Of a stretch of 64,000 bases of DNA, positions 58,660 through 64,000 are shown piece after piece (position 1 is the first letter of the stretch; every line of letters starts with the position of its first letter). A program made the position numbers and the translations under genes. The DNA comes from Hyphochytrium catenoides (lineage: Eukaryota > Protista > Hyphochytriomycota), in contig FLMG01001379.1 in the NCBI GenBank assembly GCA_900088475.1, positions 28,182-92,181 on the forward strand. The letters run 5' to 3'. The notes under the pieces were generated by a model, which made no database searches, was not told the origin of the DNA, and saw only the letters and a list, made by a program, of their open reading frames with translations.

Positions 58660-61560
58660 TTAGGGCTGGACATACCAGCCGCTGTCCTGGGCATGTTGTG
58701 CGCACACCCAATGCTCAAAAGCCCCTCCCGCCTCTGCTCGTCTGCTCTCAAGTAGCTGGACCTTTCTAAGGCCTCCAATGACAAACTGCCGTTCCCAGTC
58801 GACCTTCTCATCGGCAGCTCTGAGAGACTGTAGGAGCGTTTGCCTGCCCTCCGCCGTCATGCAAGCACTCCTAAGCTTTGCAATAGCCTCTCCCACAGAT
58901 TGGCCTCCGGCGGCTCCTTGAAACTCCTTGGCCCTCTCTACGAGCTCTTTGATTTGTTCCTTCGTCTGGTTATCGAGTCTGTGCCTTAGAATGCTCTCCG
59001 CGTACAACTCTAAGTCGCTGACGCTCTTTAGGAAGATCAGCGCTCCCAGCGGTGAGCCAGGTACCATTGCAACCATTCCGATGAGCTTCAAAAATGTGCA
59101 GGTTCCCATAATGACTGGTGCCGCTTTGACGAAGATTTTTCCGGGCTTTTTAATCTGCAGAGTAGCTGCATCATCCGGAAGAGAGCAAGGAAACCCCCGG
59201 TTGAAGGCCTCACATACGAATCGCAGCTCACATTCATCGTGCAAGAGTTCCTTCATCCTTCGCNNNNNNNNNNNNNNNNNNNNNNNNNNNNNNNNNNNNN
59301 NTCTCGTAATGCTTGTCCACCACAAGCTTCTCTAAGTCCAAGCGGCTAATGAGAGCAGTAGGTAGTGCGTGGCCAATGAGGGGGTCAGCGAGGAGATCCG
59401 AAGCCGTCGGGCGTTCAGCAGGGTCCCGATTGAGGCAGAGACGGATCAGCCTCTTAACCGCCTCATATTTTACATAAGCATTCACGCTGTCCTCGAAGCA
59501 GAAGTTAGGGCAGGCGATCCGTCTGAGGATTTGCCTCTTGGTATGTCCTTTAAACTCAAGCAATGCGCGCTCCCCCGCAATAAGCTTCAGCATAAACACC
59601 CCAAAGGTCCAGATGTCGTAGCTCTCATAAGCACGTGGCGGCAAATGGTTGGAAGGGCTGCAGAGGTATCGGGCCATCTCTGGTGGGCAGTACTCTTCTC
59701 CTCCTTCTGTAGGCAATGGGATCGGGTCCTCGTACTTCGTACTGCAACTTAAGTCCACCAATGAATAATAAGAGAGAATGCCCTGGTCGATGGCAACGAC
59801 ATGCTCCAATTTCAGGTTGCTACATATGAAGCCCTTCGTGGCCATGTGCTGCAGGGAGAGAAGCACCGGTCGGACGGCGTCAGAGAAGAACTTTCGGAAG
59901 TTCTCATCCCTATTGTCAGGGTTATACCCTGGCATCTGTTGCACCTGCGCAGACAGTGAGAGAAGGTTCTCTCTACCTTCCTGCAGAATAATTCCCCAAC
60001 ACCAAAGATCATTGGTGATAGACACCTTCTGGACTGTGGCCCGCTGCAGCTTGATCACATATGTGCTTTTGAGAACTCTGAGGCAGAAGGCCTCATGGTC
60101 AGCAAGGGGCTTCTGACTCTGGATAAATAGTTTGACGACTGCTCTAGTCTTAGGACTCTTGGACTTGCAGACTCTGAAGACGCAAGCAGAAGGAGAACAC
60201 TGATCCAGTATCTCATAGTCTTCCATGTCGATTTCCAGGTGCCTTGACGCTGTCAAAGTAAGAGGGTAATCAGTCATAGAACCTTAGCATACCAGCGGAG
60301 AAAGGGAGAAAAGAGGCCAAAGCTGTACACACGAGACTTACCTAGGACAACCTCCCTGAGATCTTGGCGCTCCTTGGCCTCCCAAGCTTCCACATCGTCT
60401 GTCATCGCGTCATCATCACCATCATCGTATATCTCGTCCAGTACAACGTGATTCACATCACTCCGGTATGAGATGCGGTCCGTGTACGGGCAGTGGTCCA
60501 TCGGGTAGGAACCTCGGTCCGTAACGCTCGCAGTACTGCCTGTGGAGGCCATGGAAAGCCCCATACTGTCCTCGCGATAAATGGAGCTCGACCGGCTCGT
60601 TCGCATTGACGAGACTCCAATACTGCTGCCGCGATCCACGCTATGCCTTCTCTTGGGCTTTTGCGGGTCTGTGTAGAAGACGTAGCTGTCGTTATCCTCA
60701 TCCATATCATCAAAGTCAACCGCGTCCTGCGGTTCTGGCTCGTCTGACATCTTTGCTTGAAGCTTTCTGATAAGCATGTCCATGCGCTTTTGAACGTCAT
60801 GCCGGGTCATGTCATCCTCCCATATTACAGCCTCTACGCTGTTGGCTTGCAAGTCGTTGAGTCGTTTTTCATTCTCTAGATCCGCATTGTTTTTATAGGT
60901 GATCAGAATTTCTCCCCTGTGAAGATCGATAGAGTGTGTCTTGACCTTTTTGTTGCTGTTAAGGGCCTTCCTCAGCCCCATTTCCAGGCTTACCTTCGAA
61001 TACTCAGGGAGCTTTCGAAAGTCTTCAGGAGAGTAAATAATCTGACGGATAGACTCGCACTTGCAGAGGGCTTCTGAGGCTAGAACATATGCTCCCAAGG
61101 GAGGGTCAAAGTTTCCTCCCAACTCTATTCTCTCCAAGGTTTTGCTCATTCGAATGACAGAAGCGAGTACCTTGACACCTTCTTTGCTAATCCGATTATA
61201 GCTCAGACCAATACTTTTCACATTCTTCATACAGCAGAAAGCATTGGCCAACGCACAGACCGAGTGAACGCCTTCCTTGCCGATAAAGTTGCCATCCAAA
61301 TGCACAGACTGCATCTTCTTCATTCGTTTGAGGACATCAGCGAGCTTCAGGGCTCCTTTATCGCCGATTTTGTTGTCCATAAGGCTCAAGTGCTCCAAAG
61401 TATCGACCTGGCCCTCCAGAATCGTCGCCAACTCAATCGTGCTCTCATCCGTCAAGCCTGTTTGATCCAGAATGAGGCAATTATTCTTGGTGTTCTCTGC
61501 TACTAGTCCAGCCACTTTCTGGGTAGTGCTCTTCCTTCTTCTGCCAAAGAAGTAATTCAT
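58660..61560 (-). CDS. RI-type LRR + protein pseudokinase + C-terminal Roco/TORNADO1-like helical domain; one intron, internal N-gap
   Basis: Five LRR_RI units (e.g. LEHLSLMDNKIGDKGALKLADVL). Intron CTA G|GTAAGT...ACAG|CG TCA joins the LRR ORF to the kinase ORF in phase. Kinase motifs: AVVK, HEAFCL, ICSNLKLEH, LVDLS, YCPPE, DIWTFG, CLNRDPAERPTA. After the gap: LRFVCE...IKKPGKIFVKAAPVI...GGLRKV...WVCAQH. Confidence 0.8.
59264..59301. other. Assembly gap (38 N)
   Basis: Run of n between the kinase and C-terminal domain; gap length is an estimate, so reading frame across it cannot be verified. Confidence 1.
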
Positions 61561-64000
61561 CCTGACTCTTTACGGCGGGCTGACCACCCGAAATGCCGGT
61601 ACCTTTGTCAATTTTAAGCGGCAATGCGGCAGGATTTTATCGGCTATCCAGCTCGAGAAGATAGCGCGCCAACGGTTGAAGAGTTATGCGCTTGACCCTG
61701 TCTTAGGGGTTGGGCATTGAGCTCTGTTCGGCTTTTGACCAGTTGAGAGTTTATCGTCGTAGACTCGTAGCACTCTCTCAGGTACCTGAACCCTACCTAG
61801 CGCTGGAAACTGGCGCTATTTAGTTTGACGACAACAAAATAGATTCTAGTACGATCTAGAACCTCATAGCACTGCACTCGCTCCTGTCATCAAAGGATCA
61901 AGAGTGATAATCCCTTTATAAATCCATCCAGTCACACTTGTACAGTCTAATCTCCCAGGAATAGCAGGAACCAGGTATCTCCTTTGTGTCGCTTTGGATA
62001 AGGAGGGGGAGCTACTAGGAACCCCAGCTTTGCTTGTGAAAAGTTCTTCTGAGCTTCTGCGCCCTTGCCACTTGCAGCTGATCAGTGGTGGCGCCGTCAT
62101 AGTCCATTTGCACGGCAGCAGCTCAGCCTTCTTCTTCCCTTCAAAGCCTTCCTTCCTTCTTCATCCTTCGGTCAGTGCCGCTGACGCTGCCCTTGTGCTT
62201 TCTGTTTTGGGCATCAACCGACGCCATCACCGCCATCACCATCAGATGCCGGCTGACCAATATGGGAAATTATAAAGCTTCAAATGTTGCAGTAACCTAT
62301 ATATAATACCAGGAGTGAGCTGAAGCCTATTCTTCGAAAGGAATGAATCTTTCCAAACAGAAGACTAAGACTCCTTTCTCGAAGCAGATATCTTATTACT
62401 ACTTCCCTTATTTACCATAGGTCCTGCCGTCTTGTGCTCGATAGGACGGTACGTACTACTATGGCCTGGTCAAAAGCCTAAGAGTTGTGTTCGAAGGGGT
62501 AGCACTCAGACAGAAAGGAAGCTTGACTGCCGGCTCTGTACAAAGTAGACCGCGCTTTTGCCGCCTCTCAGGAACATGGGACAAAGGAGAAAGGCCCAGG
62601 CAACTCATTCTCATGACTGTTTGGAGTCAACGCTGTTTTTTCTTCCCATGAGACCGCAAGGCTGGGCTTCCTTCTCGCTCGGAGGAGCGAACTTTCCGTT
62701 TACATTCTGGAACGAAGAGGCTGCCGTGTCTCACACAGCTTACCTCTCTTGTCCTCGTATGTATGAGGAACGAATCAACAAGCGGGAGAGAAAGTGAGAA
62801 GGGATGAAGGAGACCTTTAGAAGGAGAAGAAGCCGGGAAAACTGGTACCGGTGGGTTCGTACTTTGATTGATCATGGCGGAGGGGGCAGCAGGGAGAAGA
62901 GATACTTGTAGGAGCTTCAAGGAGGGGAGAATAGTGAGTATTGAGGAGTACTGCGAACTAGCCCTGGAGGGAAAGTAGCGGAGGTGAGTAGAAGCCAAGA
63001 GCATTTGTAAGAAGCCTCGGAAGTTTTGAGTCCAAGGCAAGGGTATCATGTCTCTTTAATCCTGAGTCAGAGATGCCGCCTTTTGGGAAGGTGGAGCTCC
63101 CTGAGATATATAACATCCATCGCTGTACTCGTACACCTTTAGTAGGTGGAGCCTGGATTAATGGGGGGAAAATCCGCAGCGTAGGCAGGCTTGAGTGGCG
63201 TTTGGAAGAAGTTAGATTGGTGGGTGTTCCATCAAGCGGGGGCTAGGTAGATTATGAGATGTCAGATAGGAAGAGCTAAGGAGATTCTGATATACTTTCT
63301 GTGGCAAGCCTATAATACACCTCGTCGTTTTTAACTGCGTGGGTGCTCCTTCAAGCGTTGTCATTGTGGTGGAAGGCAATAGGTTGTGGCTTTTCTCCAT
63401 TGCTCAGTAGATTAGATCCAAGGGTACAATCAAGTCTTCTGATAGACAGTCATGCTTTTCCGCTCCGAGGCCCTCGACGATAGACCTACCCGCCTACCCA
63501 GCTAATTGGTTGGCCTTGAAGCGGTATTTAACCCCAACTATGTCTAGTAGCCCCATGGGGAAATCCACAGATAGCAGGCATATTATAGTGTATAGCGCCT
63601 CAAAGGTCGCATTGACAGAGCAATTTTCCGTACGTCTCTACTAGTTCTAAACAACCGACAACCTGCCAGTGTTGGATTGTAAGAGCTTTAGGGACGGCCA
63701 TTGATGAAGACACCACAGCTATGCAATGTGAGATAATGACGGGTGGAGGCCATGCATTAGAACTTTCTTCCTCTCCTACAACCCAGTTCCTTCTTCTGAA
63801 CAAGCCCCTTTATCTCAAAATAATGATATGTGGATGCAGTGGGCATCGAGTAAGTGGCAGCCAGACCCACCGACAAACAAAAGGTTACATGCTGTAGTGC
63901 AGTAACTGCTGTCTCACTAGTCATGCTAGGACTTGAAGCCCTTGTAGGTGCCAAAAAACTTCAGATGACAGGTACAACCCTTCTTCCCATCTAACTGGCA

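Noticed and set aside
59234-59325. Apparent frameshift between the kinase and the C-terminal domain
   Set aside because: It coincides with an N-gap of estimated length, so it is not evidence of pseudogenisation or programmed frameshifting.
61600-64000. Minus-strand fragments, including HYFEIKG (SPRY-like), near the window end
   Set aside because: Frames are interrupted and the remaining SPRY motifs are absent; no gene call can be supported.
1-64000. CRISPR arrays, rRNA/tRNA genes, prokaryotic operons, alternative genetic code
   Set aside because: No repeat-spacer arrays or RNA-gene signatures were seen. ORF fragmentation is explained by spliceosomal introns, and TAA, TAG and TGA all act as stops.

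Overview
Gene-dense, roughly 50% GC eukaryotic (protist) nuclear DNA with many short GT-AG introns and two N-gaps. The Crypton-type recombinase and the gene repertoire suggest a stramenopile/SAR lineage; this is inference. The ORF track fragments most genes, so I spliced models by hand using splice-phase consistency. In order: 3' end of a uridine kinase; membrane-anchored purple acid phosphatase; YqjM-type old yellow enzyme; a receptor-enzyme fusion (EGF + class C-type 7TM + Vps34-like PI3-kinase with a C2 domain inserted in the kinase); EF-hand/CorA Mg2+ channel; helical protein with an FFAT-like motif; giant ARM-repeat/3xPH/TM/SMP protein; fascin-like beta-trefoil + VASt protein; mini BAG6-like protein; histidine phosphatase; ML/NPC2 protein; intact but apparently catalytically dead Crypton recombinase; DHHC palmitoyltransferase; LRR-pseudokinase with a Roco/TORNADO1-like tail. 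The best candidates for undescribed biology are the 7TM-PI3K fusion and the convergent SMP and VASt lipid-transfer genes with unusual architectures. No rRNA, tRNA or CRISPR was recognised.
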